From the human T2T-CHM13v2.0 reference genome, Homo sapiens, in assembly GCF_009914755.1 (NCBI RefSeq), contig NC_060944.1: a stretch of DNA of 64,000 bases. One strand, written 5' to 3'. The translations under genes and the position numbers were made by a program. A model generated the notes under the pieces. The model had not been told where the DNA came from, made no database searches, and saw nothing but the letters and a program-made list of their open reading frames with translations. Positions within the stretch are counted from its first letter, which is position 1; every line of letters starts with the position of its first letter. Below are positions 1-13,189 of this stretch, piece by piece.

Positions 1-19
1 GTTCTGCTTCATTCTATGC

Positions 20-93
20 ATGGCGATACTGAGCACGGTGGTGGCTGGGTACATAACAAGCGCTCAGTAACTGTTTATCGAATTAGTGAATTG
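20..93 (+). mobile_element. L2 3' end fragment
   Basis: gcacggtg...acataacaagcgctcagtaactgtttatcgaattagtgaa resembles the L2 terminus. Confidence 0.5.
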
Positions 94-1934
94 CAGAAAG
101 AGTTAAGTGACCAGATGTCATTCGTACTTATGGAGTAGCTTATTGATGGAGTGCCATCTGGTTTCCACAGTCTTGTTATTATCTGTAACTGTTAATTGAT
201 AGCCTAGCTGTTTAATCTGTCCAGTATGTTCAAGTCCCAAGTTGAAATTTTGAGGTTAATTAATGTTTTTTCCTCATATTTTGTACCCACCTAAACACCT
301 TACAGTTAATAAAATGTTTAACCTTTTCTGGTATGAAAAATTCTACAAGTCAAAACACATGGTAGAATATATCTATGAATCATATTTTCTTTTGTGACTG
401 CTACTCCTTTTTACAAGTTATTGGGAGAGGGAATGGGAGGGACTTAATTCTTCCCAGATTCCTGCTCTTATATAATGTAAAGGGAAAGGCCTAGAGTGAT
501 GAAAACTTTTCTTGTCAAGTTTATGATTCTTGACCTTTTTAGAATGGTGTCTGTCTCAGTTGATTAGAAAAATAAAAGTACAGTTTCTTTGAAATACTGT
601 AACTCATTATCTTCAAAAGCACTTCTACTCTTTAAAGCCTGTTTATGTCTAAAATGACGTTAAAAAAATACCCTTACAGGAGAGGGAAAATGGTATTTCT
701 AGTTTGGGCTCCGGGGAACAAACACAGAGGTCTTTTTACCAGTCCTCAGAGAGGTAGTTGTGTGGCTGTGTGGGCCTAGAGTGTGTTTCAGCCGAGAGTC
801 CCACAAAACCACCCTGGCAACGTTGATCTGATTAGTTTTCTCTATAAATTGTGTGGTGGCCCACTACATAAAAATGATTGTATCCATTTTAGAGAAAAAT
901 GTTTCTCTAAAAAAATGAAATAAAACCCTATGTTAGTTTTTTTTTTTTATTTAGAACTAACAATTTAAAAACTTTATCGTATTTTTCTATTTTGTTACAA
1001 ACCATTTCAGAATCACCTTTTCTTAAATGACCAAACCAAATTTCTGAGGATTACCTTTTTTCCTGTAATTACTTGCTAAATTTCTGTATTTCCCTGTGGA
1101 TTTATATATCCTACTTTGGTGATTTTTTTTTCCAATTTACTAACTTGATTTGATATTAATATACAGAGAAACTGTTGCAAGTGAAACATTCTGAGCAATA
1201 ATAATTTTATTGACTTGGAAGCCTGGCTGTCTTGATTTCCAGTGTTTGCCTGCAGTGTTTAACTGACAACCCTGAGATTATTACCAAACGTTTATGATTT
1301 TTTAAAAAGCAGGAGAAGAGGTAGAGAGGGGAATGGAAAAAATGCTGTTTAAATTAGAAACTGCTTGTAGCAGTTCCATAGGGAGGCAGTTAACCCAAGT
1401 CACTTAAAATATGGTCACGATATTGAGAGTTAAATAATTTTACTTGGAGATGACTTCAAGAACAAATATCAAAAGGTCCAAATGAACTTAAAGGTACATC
1501 AAAGGGATTGCAGGGCAGCATGCATAGTTTCAAGAGTTACTTTGTGGAGGGTCATTTCTTCTGTGGGTTTACCCCCAATTTGGGGCCACATGTGACCTCG
1601 TGACTCCAGATTGATTCCTAGTGCCTCTGTGGACAAGGCCAGATGCTATCTCCTCTGGGGGAGCTGATGCCCCTCCTCTGCTGCCCCAGTTAGTGCTCAC
1701 CAAGCAGTTTTGGAAATCAGCTGGCCTCCCGTCTGTCACAGGGGAGCCCTAGACCATGGTGATGGAAATCTGCCCCTGCCTCTGCCCCTGGGACCACCCT
1801 GGGCAGAATAGTGTGGGTGCCTGTGCAGAGACCTTTCAGCCTTTGCCTGCAGTTGTGCTGGTGGAGACCCCAGTCCCAGCTCCTGGGAAGTGAATTCTGT
1901 GTGTGTCACATTGGTCTTTAAGTCAGGCCGTCTC

Positions 1935-2412
1935 TGTTAGTTGTTTAGTGCAGCATAGCAGGTTACTCCCAAACTCAGCAGCTCAACACAACAATAAACA
2001 TTTTTTACACAGTTTCTGTGGGTCAGGAATTTGGACCATTGAGCCCAGGTGTTTCTGGCCAGGGGTGTCTCATGAGATTCCAGCCAAGCTTTTGGTTGGG
2101 GCCTCGGTCCACTGTAATTTGGACAGGCAGGAGCGCCTACTTCCAAAGTGGCCCACTACAGAGGCTGGGAAGCTAATGCTGGCTGTGGGCAGGAGGCCTC
2201 AGTGTTTTGCCACATGGGCTTTTCCACAGGGCTGCTTGAATGTCCTCACAACATGTGGACTGGTTTCCCCCAGAGCCCTAGCCTTGGAAGTCCCATACTG
2301 TCATTTCTGCAGCATCCTGTTGGTTATGTAGGTCAGACCTACCTGACTACATGGGTCATGAATACCAGGAGGCAAGAATCACTGGGGACCATTTTGAAGT
2401 CTGGCTGACACA
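1935..2412 (-). mobile_element. MLT1F-like MaLR solo LTR
   Basis: TG...CA ends; acagtttctgtgggtcaggaattt, gggctgcttgaatgtcctcacaacatg and ggggaccattttgaagtctggctgacaca match the reverse MLT1F consensus. Confidence 0.85.
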
Positions 2413-2639
2413 CAGTGGCAAACATACCTTCCGGTTGCTGGATCCATGTTGTTGTCATCCCTTTGTATGGCTGGAGAGGAACAAGATGCTCAGGGATTTT
2501 GGGTGCCATTCTTGAGTTATATTCTAGGGAGCTTTCAGAGGTGGCTGCCTGGGCATAATAGAGGAAAGCTGTATCCTTGCCAAATGTCTCGGGGAAGCAT
2601 TTTCTTCAAACTTTGTACTCTTTAAATCAATGATGATAC

Positions 2640-3790
2640 TTAATCTTGTTTTTAAAAAGAAGAAAATAAGATCACCTTTAATTCTAACCTTCACATTACC
2701 AAAATGGTTTTAGTCTTTTTTCTATGTAGTCCTTTTTTCCTATGGCTACATATGTGTATATTTACACACATATATATGTAAATATACCTATGTGTATATT
2801 TACACACATATATATGTGTAAATATACCTATGTGTATATTTACACACATATATATGTGTAAATATACCTATGTGTATATTTACACATATATATGTAAATA
2901 TACCTATGTGTATGTTTACACATATATATGTAAATATACCTATGTGTATGTTTACACATATATATGTGTAAATATACCTATGTGTATGTTTACACATATA
3001 TATGTGTAAATATACCTATGTGTATGTTTACACATATATGTAAATATACCTATGTGTATGTTTACACATATATGTGTAAATATACCGATGTGTATGTTTA
3101 CACATATATGTGTAAATATACCTATGTGTATGTTTACACATATATGTGTAAATATACCTATGTGTATGTTTACACATATATATGTGTAAATATACCTATG
3201 TGTATGTTTACACATATATATGTGTAAATATACCTATGTGTGTGTTTACACATATATATGTGTAAATATACCTATGTGTGTGTTTACACATATATATGTA
3301 AATATACCTATGTGTGTATTTACAAAATGGGATCACAACATACTGATTTATAACCTAAGTTTTTTATTCCTAATATTGTGAATATTGGTATGTTTTTGCA
3401 TACCTTGAAATAATCTTTTCTGACCTCAGTTTTGATGGCAGCCTACTATTCTGCCATAAGACATATCATAGTTTATTTAGCGAAATCACTGTTTTTGGAT
3501 TTTGGAGTTATGCTCTAGTTTTTCCTCTTAGGAGCAGTGATTTGGTGAACTGTACTGTGTACTGAATCTTGCCATGTAGCCCAGGTTGATGCTTGCTGTA
3601 AGTTCCCAGACCTGTAATGCTGGGGTAGAGAATGCAGACATGTCCAAGGTTTCGAAACTGCTCATCAAGAGCTCCTCTGTGATGTTTGTATGTTGTACCC
3701 TTAACTGGCAGAGTTTGCAGGTGTCCCTTCCCCACCTTGGAGTCAGCACATCATTGTGAATGTTTGCCAATTTGGTAGAATAAAAAAAAT
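2640..3790 (-). mobile_element. Old L1ME-type 3' fragment interrupted by a minisatellite
   Basis: tttacaaaatgggatcaca, ctactattctgcc...catagtttatttagc and tttgccaatttggtag are typical antisense L1M 3' motifs. Confidence 0.6.
2751..3324. repeat. Minisatellite/VNTR, ~15 units of ~36-40 bp (TATACCTATGTGTATGTTTACACATATATATGTGTAAA)
   Basis: Tandem units read directly; unit length varies by TA/CA/TG dinucleotide slippage. Confidence 0.97.
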
Positions 3791-6700
3791 GAGGTGATAG
3801 AGCAACTTTGTTTATGTGGAGTTTGCCTTGTTTTTTAAAAAAAGTCAGCTATTCCTAATTGTCTAAAGAAATTAGGTCGGGGGTGGGTGGGGAGTAGCAT
3901 GTGCAGATTGAATTGCAACTGCCAGGCAACTCAAGTGGAAACCCAAGCAGCCTCCCCTGTGAGAAGCTGTTTTCTCCACCCCGTGGTGTAGCCAATAAAT
4001 TGGAAAATTGACCGTTGTATGTTTGAACCTTCATTTGTCTCTACCCACCCAAAATCTCAAGGTTCTGCTGAGCAGCAAAACAGACAAGAGTAGAGTGCAC
4101 ACACAACTGATTTATCTTCAGAGCCTTGAAGACCAGAGATGTCCTGACTGTCTTCACCGACGGCTGCTGCTTGTAGGATCACATTTTGGTCCTATCTGTT
4201 CTCAGCTCTGCCGCTGGTTAACTTACGGCTCAGTGACAAGCAGACTTTTGGATCCCAGTCTGGTGTTTCACACTTGTGCATGCGCTGGAGTAATTCTCGT
4301 TCGCCCTTGAGTAATTCCATATCAAGCCCCCCAAAAGGGCAGGAAAGGGAAGGAGAAAGGAACTAACATTTACCAGCTCCTAGCTCCTACTTGCTGTGCG
4401 TTTCTCTTGTTTTTATTCTTACTGCCTCCCACCCCCTAAAAAGAAAAGAAACAGGTATTTCCTATACATTATTCAGGTGACAAAGTAATTAATCATTTAT
4501 AAATAACATACAGGTGAATACCTTCTCTTGTGAACTTTATGAGCAAGTAAATATTTTCTTATTTGACGCTTTTGTTTCCTCTGCTTGAATGCAAGAGCTT
4601 TACAACCCTTAACAGCCCAAGTGCATTTGAAATGGTTTGAGTTTTCACTGTGTTGTTTCTACAGACCGAAAGAAAACATGCACAAGTTTTTCCATTGAGT
4701 AGATAACATGTCACTTTTTTTTTTTTAATGGACTGGAGCTGTGACTGTTCAACTTGTTGCTGAAGAATCCGTGTTCTCTTGTGCAGCTCTGAGTTATGTA
4801 GGGAACAGTTCGTTGATGAGATGCTCCTAGTTTATGTTGCTGAATTTTTTTCTTCCTCCCAGAGCTGTTTTCTCTTATTTAAGAACACTTGACACAGAGA
4901 ACTGGGGAGGGGTGATCAAAACTGGCTAACATGCCTCTAATGCCCATCCTGTGCTGAGCAGAACGCTTTGCTCTGATGTTGGACGTGGTGGAAATCTGCT
5001 CCCAGGGAATGCTTTTCATAAGCCATGGGTGTTCAACAAACACTGATTAATGCAGATGTTTACTTTCCAGAGTGTCTAGAACCTTCCACCGATACAGTTT
5101 TATTAAATTCCCCCCACACCTCAAAGGAGAACTGTTTCAGTTTACTGATGCAGAGGACACAGGACAGAGAGGCCGGGTCAGATAAGAACTAGGTCCCGAA
5201 TTCCCTCTTATTTTTCTCTCTTTACAAACTTCTATCCAAATACAACTGCAAAGACAAAGTTCGGGACTATCTACACAATCTTAAGCAGTAATTTGAGAAA
5301 TGGAGTTGCTTCTTTTTAAAAATTAAACCTCAGCTCTCCTTAGTGGATACACAAGTGTGATCTTAAACATGCTTGGTGAGAGGAAAGAGAAGAGCTCACT
5401 TCTACAACACTGCACACCTTGATTCTTTGGTTTCTTGCGGGATAAATTAGAAATGCAGGTTTCACTGAGATTTTTGAGACAATAGAATATTGCCCAATTT
5501 AGTTGGAACATAAAAGAAAGGCTTAGAAGAGAATTTGAAACCAAGAGGTTCACTAAATGCCAGCAGGGTCAGGTAGGTCAGCAAATAAGAGAAATTAGTG
5601 AAACTGCTTGTGTACTGGAGCGACCTGATGTAGATAGCCTCAGGTTGATCAGCACCTTGAGAGCACCTGGGGCCATGGGGCCACCTCGCAGCCCTCTGTC
5701 TGCAGGTGCACCAGCTCAGCCCCTTAGGTGAGAGGAAATAGAGCTGATTTTATGAGGCCTCTGGGTGAGGGGTGGACTGTTAACACCTCCACTGGTAATT
5801 CAACTTTACTGTCCAGAAATTGTTCTTCATATGAGCTTGCATCTTTCTAGGTTAGCCCACTGCCTACTTTAACCCCACATCTCACTGGACATGTAGTATC
5901 TCTTGAGTTCTGATACTTGTCATTTTCTGGAAACTCGTAATATAATATTTTGAAACTCGATTGCAGGTGAGACCATATTGTAACTGTGATCTATTCTAAA
6001 ATAAAAGATCTGAAAACATATCAGAAATACACTTTTAGGATTATAAAATGGACATTAGCTAAATGTTCAATGTTGAAATGAAGTTCAGGTGAGCTGTTTA
6101 CCCTCTGGGAAGGCAACATTTTACCTTTTTGGTTCCGCATTTGTTTTCTCTCTCTACTTCCCCATTCCTCTTCCTCCCCTCGTCACCACCCTTCCCCTTC
6201 CCTTCCTCCTGCATTGCCAGCACTACTTTTTTTTCTCCCCTCCCCTGCTCACCCCACATCTATCACATTCCTTGATAGAGAGTTGATTTTCTTCTCAGTA
6301 TGTCGTAGGCTTAGAATCAGTAGACCCTGCTGGACACAGGCCTTCTCCTCACTCTTCTGGGCCTTGGCTTTCTAGGAGAGCTCTTTTCTCCATGTTGTCT
6401 GGTCATCCATGAGATGGCTTATTAGGAGTGGAAGAAAAAGCTAGTGAGACCCTGGGCTTATGTCAGCAGCTGTTTTTTGACATTTCTATAGTATTCAGAG
6501 TTAAACCCGGAGTGAGCCACACCCTTAACCAGGTCCATGAGTGAGCCAGCAACTTATTTCTGGTTTTCTCAAGACCATCCTTTTGAGTTGTGAAAGTGTT
6601 TCTTGATTTACATTTTCTTTGATTGCATCTGAAAAGGCCTGTTGGCCTGACAACCGTTGCTATGGGAATAATACTCGTGGTTAGTGCTGTTGGCAGTCAC

Positions 6701-7644
6701 CATTATCAAAAGGATCAGGTGCCTATTTATTTATTCATGGTGTGGAACAAGGTTCCCTCATAAAGCGCATGAACCTTGTTCTCTCCCACCTTATTATAGT
6801 CTGAGGTTTACATGACGTGCATCCAAACTGTAGTAGTGATTTTAATTTGCCACTAGTGTCTTTAATTTTCTAAGGAGTCTGGGAACTTGAGATACATTTT
6901 TTGGAGAACAGATATTAAAAGTGAGATTTCAAATAATTACCCTTTCTGGTATGATTTATATGTAACACTGATCTGCCTGATTGTCAGGGGGAAGAATAAA
7001 CTGCTGTTGAGAACTGACCTAATCAAACTGGCCATATTCAACTCCTAGATTCTTTTTGGTAGGTAATTATCACTGCTAGATGTTTGAGGTGGGTGAGGGC
7101 TGGTTATTCCCCTCACTGCCAGATGTGATGGAAATAAGTAACCAAATTCTGTTCTACAAGATTTATTAAAGAGACATGAATTAATAAGTAAGCCCTAAAT
7201 ATTTCCTGCAACCTGTTCTGTTAGCTTGCTGAAGCCTCCTTGCTCAGGAGAGATGCCACATCTTCTAGATATAGGAGCAGGAGCTGTTATCTCTTACTTA
7301 TTGATACACAGTCAAAACAAAAGTCTCTCTATGGTGGTTCCTGGGGATGCAGTAACAGCTGGAAGACTTTTATGGTTCATAAAATTGGGTCTCCATTAGG
7401 CCCTCAGAAGTCTCTGATCCAGGATCAGTATATGTATCATTGCTCAGGAATTAAACTTTGGACACCTTCCTTAGGTGTTGTAGAGACTATAGACCTAGGT
7501 AGATTTATATACCTTGTTTATGCTGGGGAGGGGAGTGTGCTTCAAATATCATAGCCAATCTACATTTCACATATACCATTAATTTCACTGGTGAGAACTC
7601 ATTTCTAACACCCATTTTGCAGATTATCAAATCACTAATTTTAT

Positions 7645-7981
7645 TCACGGTCTCATTGTGTCACCTAGGCTGTAGTGCAGTGGCACAATCATGGGTCACT
7701 ACATCCTCGACCTCTCAGGCTCAAGTAATCCTCCCCAGTCAGCCTCCTGAGTAACTGGGACTAAAGGTGTGTGCCACCATGACTGGCTAACTTTTTTTTT
7801 TTTTTTTAATTTTGTAGAGACACTCTTTATCACAGTGATTTTTGTTGTTGTTGTCTACGTTTTTTTTTTTTTTTGTCTCACTATGTTGCCTGGACTGGTC
7901 TTGAACTCCTGGGGTCAAGTGATCCTCGCATCTGGGCCTCCCAATGTGTTGGGATTACAGGTGTGAGCCACTGTGCCTGGA
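7645..7981 (-). mobile_element. AluJ with internal ~50-bp insertion
   Basis: Both monomers present; J-type features (ggctcaagtaatcctcc, ctcactatgttgcc). Confidence 0.9.
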
Positions 7982-9029
7982 CTGAACACCTACTCTGACC
8001 TTCATTTTGTCATAGTATAGCTCCATGCCATGGTCTGGGTAACTGAAGCATCTGGTATCGCTGCCTCTGGAGTGTGGCTCCTGATTCCAATGTGGGGTGC
8101 TCACTCCTGTGGTGTGCAGGCCAAGGCCTCCGTGTCTCTACTGTAGGGAGATAGCAAAGCAACCACACAGCTATTTTCTTACTGTGGTCTGAGACAAGGT
8201 GACCTTGAACAGGCCTCACTTCAGGAGGTTAAAAGTACAAAATAAAGCCAGCTCAGAGTAGATGACGGGTTAAACTTTGGTGGTGTCATCTTAAAATGGT
8301 TCCCTGAATGAGTGAGTTTATCTGTATCACAAGGACAATTTTATGAACCATAAAAGTCTTCCAGCTGCTACTGCGTCCCCAGGAACCACCATAGAGAGAC
8401 TTTTGTTTTGACTGTGTATCAATAAGTAATTTGGTTCAGAATAGTTTTTCGCCAGTCCTTTTCTATAAGTCAACAAATAACCACTTGCAAGAAATAAGTG
8501 CTCTCTGCTCTTTATCCCAGTGATTTGTTGTTGTTGTGTGTTTCTACGCCGGGTGAGTGGTTTGGAGCTTTTTATCTGAGTTAGCCAGGGTTAGGTGGTC
8601 CTGAGTACTGAGCCACACACCCTCATGCAGGAGACTCCTGACTGGGGATGGGAAGCTGTCATCTCAGGGTTCAGATGCCAGCTGGGCACGCTGAGCTGTC
8701 TGTCCATTTGGGACACTTTATAAGCAACTGGATTCATTTACAATCTGGTTTGCAGGCAAGGCGTGCAATTATTTTAAGCATTATAATGTGAAAATCAGAT
8801 GAAGCCCCACAGACACTTTTTATGGCAAGATGTCATCCGCTTGAGCCATCATTAATTTGTCTGGATTGCACATATCATTCAGATTTATCCCATTGGAAAT
8901 TCTATGGGATCCACCAAGTGTTTTTTGGAGGAAGGTGTTTTACTGGGAAGTTTTTCAATATGAAAATGAAACATCATTGTCTGGAGAAGAACAAGGACAG
9001 GAATTAGAATGGGCTTTTTGTCAGAAAGC

Positions 9030-9600
9030 ATGTAAGCAGGAAGAGAGTAGAAGAAAATGTTTCCAGTGTTGAGAGAAAAAGGCTGCCAATTTAGAACTCT
9101 AAATCCAGGGAAGTTATCCTTTAGAAATGAAACAAAAACACACTTCCTCAGACAAACCAAAACTGAGGGGATCCATAGCTGGTAGACCTGTCCGGCAAGA
9201 AATGTTAAAAGAAGTTCTTCTGGTAGAAGGAAAATAATATTATCAGTAGGTTAGAAATTTGGATCTACATATAGAACAGAAGAGCGTCAGGGAAAGATAA
9301 ATGAAAGTAAAATAAATTCTTTTATTTTTCTTATTCTTACTTGACTCAAAAGTTAACGATTTAAACCAATCATAGTGATGATGTCCTGGCGATTGTGGCA
9401 TATGGATAAGGGAGATGAGTGGCAGCGGTGCCACTAGCCATGGGAGGGAGGAACTGGGAGTGCTGTTCTATGGTACCTGCCCACAGGCGTTAACAGTACA
9501 GTGTTATTTGAAGGTGGGCTTAGATGAGTTACAAGTGTGTATTGTAAGCTCTGGGCAATCACTGTGGATTTTAAAAAGAAGTATAATTGATCTACTGAGA
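9030..9600 (+). mobile_element. Old L1M (L1MC/ME-like) ORF1 C-terminus and inter-ORF region
   Basis: Translates to ...FPVLREKGCQFRTLNPGKLSFRNE..SDKPKLRGSIAGRPVRQEMLKEVLLVEGK, matching the L1 ORF1p C-terminus. Confidence 0.85.
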
Positions 9601-9619
9601 GGGGGAACCCGTATTTGTG

Positions 9620-11270
9620 AAGGTGTATAACCAGCCCCTCATATGCTCATCTCCTCCCATTTTAGGCAACAGACATTTCAATTACCTCTTTCAATTCCAT
9701 CAGGCCACTACTCTGAGGGTGATATATACGTGATGTGTGACCATGTGATGAGAGATTTCTTCGCCCATTGTTGGACATTGTGCTGTAAACTGTGTTCCTT
9801 GCTTTGAAGAAATGTAACATGCTCTCCCAGATGGGCACAGTATCTATTGTTTTAATCCACTAATAGTGTCTTGAGCATTACCATATCCCACCCAGTATGC
9901 AAAACCCAGTCCAGAGTAAATGTATGTTCCTGTTAGGACCCATGTGTGGCCTCCTGAGTGTAGAAGCAGTGGTCCCATGTTGTCTGTTGTCCTTGGCAGC
10001 TGTGTGTGGAACCTTCCTCCCTTAGCTGTCTGTAGTCTCTTTCTTGCTGGTAGACAGGACAATCCTTGACATTTTGTGCCTTAGAGCATACAAGAGGAAA
10101 ATGTTGACAGTCAACTCATCTCTACCTTGCCATAGCTCCCTTGTCTATTTATTTTTTGGACACAGATGGCTGGCCCAAGCGAGCACACCCAATATCCACT
10201 AGTTGGTTTCAGTTACCTTCTGTCCTGGAAGAAGGTTCTTATGGGCATCAACATGTCTGTTTAGCTCCTTAAATTACCATAGTGGTTTTCATAGGTTCAT
10301 GCCCCATGTGGGTATACCCTCAATAGCCCTGTGTTCTGTCTGACCATGTGGCAAGCCATGGCTACTGCCCATGAATATGTATATGCTCAAACTTCAGGAC
10401 TCATATTGTTGCCTATATTTTTTTCATTATGAGGAAAACAGTTTACAGATTAGGACACTGAGCTGATTTACTCTTAACCTTCTTTAATCAGAGTTTTCCC
10501 ATTAGTCGGTTGTGGTGTAATGGACTTCCAAACAGAATGCTGCCCATCTATCTTGGAGTGCCATTTGTAAACCAGGCAGCTTTTTGTTGGTCAGTTGTGA
10601 GTTGGTCATAGGGCACTGCGCATGTGACAGTAGGGTCTGGCAGCTTTTCAGGTGGTTCCAAAGTTGGCCCTAGGTGAAAATAGACTACCTGTTCATGGAT
10701 ACAGTGAGTAGCTCCTTGAGTTCCTCTGTTAGCATATTTCTGCGTGACCATTTCCATTTTATTATGTGACTCTTCTGGGAACTGCCTTTCTTATTAGAGT
10801 GTTTCTCTGTCAATATTGTCTAAGACATTATGGGTATTTCAGATTTCAGGATTATTTTATGTCTTTCAGTCACTGGGGCAATTTTCCTTAGTACCCAACA
10901 GCAAGCCAATAGTCATTTCTCGAGTGGCATATACCATACCACTATGTTTAGAAATGTTCAGGTCTGAGATTCCAGTGCTTGCTGCTGGCTGGTAGTCATG
11001 AGCTGTGCCCTAAGCTTCAGTCTGTGTAAGTGCAGGTTGAAGACACTTCCAAAGTCCTATCTGAGTGTGGATCATAGGGCCCAACAGGCTTTGACTGAGC
11101 CACTGCTTTTTGCAATTCAAAGATAGCCTGATGCAGTTTATGCTCCCATTCAACTGTGACCTTCTTTGGGGGTAGTTTTATGGTTAGGAACTAGCAGTAT
11201 TCCCAGAGGTGGGATACGCATGCTCCAGAATTCGAGCAAGCTGACTGGGCGCCGTGCTTCTTGCTTGATT
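9620..11270 (-). mobile_element. ERV-L (class III ERV) internal fragment: decayed pol (RT thumb/connection, RNase H, integrase)
   Basis: Minus-strand peptides KQEARRPVSLLEFWSMRIPPLGILL, LQKAVAQSKPVGPYDP, VPYDQLTTDQQKAAWFTNGT, HVDAHK, MGPL..GHTWVLTGTYIYSGLGFAY, KQGTQFTA..VQQWA and YHPQSSGLME are collinear with HERV-L Pol motifs; many stops and frameshifts. Confidence 0.92.
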
Positions 11271-11556
11271 CCAAGGACAGGCAATGGCAGCAGGTTCCTG
11301 CTCCCTTTCTGCCTGCAGCCTTTCCAGCCTATTTCCTCAAAGCCCTGACCTCTTGTAACTATGGTTTTTTTCCCCCTCTACTTAGATAGGTATCCTGGAG
11401 GGGATAAGAGTAGGAGCAATTCCTTTTTCAAAGCTCAGATGAGGCTCTGCAAAGCCTGGAGAGTAGGCCTTTCCCTGGAAAGTGGGCCTTTGTTATGGAG
11501 ATGTGGCTATGTGTATTTCTCAAGGGTTGCTCTTCTCTCCTACTGGAGCCACATGA

Positions 11557-12028
<472 letters not shown>

Positions 12029-12059
12029 CAAATTACCATTTAGATGTTCTTTTCAGTTT

Positions 12060-12279
12060 ATGGCTCCAGAAGCTTCTGCCACAGCTAAGCAGATCTCAAC
12101 TGCCACTCTGGATTTGCTTGTCTCTCCAGATTTCAAGGTGGTGATTTGTCCTATGATCTTAGTTTATTGATGGGTTCAAGAAAAGTCTTTAATTTTCAGT
12201 TTGTCCAGCCTTTTCTTGTTATAAGAATGACAGTGACAACTCCCAAAATCTCTACATGTTGGAGCTAAAGTCAGAAGTT
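12060..12279 (-). mobile_element. L1MD-type 5' end fragment (may extend left to ~11290 across the Alu)
   Basis: aattttcagtttgtccagccttttcttgtt...tctacatgttggagctaaagtcagaagt matches the reverse L1MD 5' terminus. Confidence 0.65.
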
Positions 12280-12336
12280 TCTCAAATCCTGTTGTAAGTG
12301 ACTGTGCCTGAGGGCTCAGCCCCACTAAGGCACAGT

Positions 12337-12629
12337 TTTGTTTTTTTGCTTTTTTTTTTTTTAATTAGAGATAAGGTTTCACTGTTACCCAAGCTGGAGT
12401 GCAATGATCATAGTTCACTGTAAACTCAAACTGGGCTGAAGCAGTCCTCCCACCTCAGCTTCCTGAGTAGCTGGGCCTATAGGTGCATACCACCGTGCCC
12501 TGGCATATTTAAAAAATTTCTTTTGAAGAAACGGGGTCTCACTGTATTGCCCAGGCCAGTCCCAAACTGCTAGCCTCAAGCCATCCTCCCAATTACTGAG
12601 TTTACAAATGTGAGCCATTGCACCCAGCC
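12337..12629 (-). mobile_element. AluJ
   Basis: Diverged Alu dimer with T-tail. Confidence 0.9.
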
Positions 12630-13189
12630 ACAAACAGTTTTGATAAGAGGCTTCTGGAAGGAAAGAGGAAGGCTAGAAGGCTCCAGAGATCAGCTCACAA
12701 GACACAGCCAACCCTTTAGAGTATGTTGAAGGAAATATGTGGCAAGGGATAAAGGTGCTGGAAGGAGAGAGAATCCACCCCAGGCATGTATAAAACCAGA
12801 CCTGTTTTCCTCCTTATACATAGCTGCCAGTTGGCTGCACATGACGGGTGTATGTGAGAGTGCTTTCTGCCGTGGACCTGTGGCCATGGGTGGCTGTGTG
12901 AATGTGCAGGGGGGCAGAGGCGCCAGGAAGGGAGAAGGTATGGCAGACATCCTTGGGGAGGCAGGAGTGACTGAGCCCTGCGCCTCGCTCCAGCTTCAGT
13001 GGCTCCATGGCAGACATGTGGGTGACCGAGTCTCTCTCTCATATGTGCATTTGGGTTTTGTTGTTGCTGCATACTCAACTCTGGCTTAGTACAGATTCCT
13101 AGGGCTAAAAACCAAATCAGCACATTTCATACTCTGTGGTTTGTTTTAGCTCTCTTTTCTCAAAGCTAAATACCTAAGTAGGAACTTGT

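Noticed and set aside
1370-1560. Possible ancient mariner (MARNA-like) fragment
   Set aside because: Only a short, weak resemblance; cannot be supported without an HMM search
2751-3324. CRISPR-like array or repeat-protein ORFs (MCKHTHRY..., 2800-3227)
   Set aside because: Units are contiguous with no unique spacers, there are no cas genes and the context is primate DNA; the ORFs just translate the VNTR
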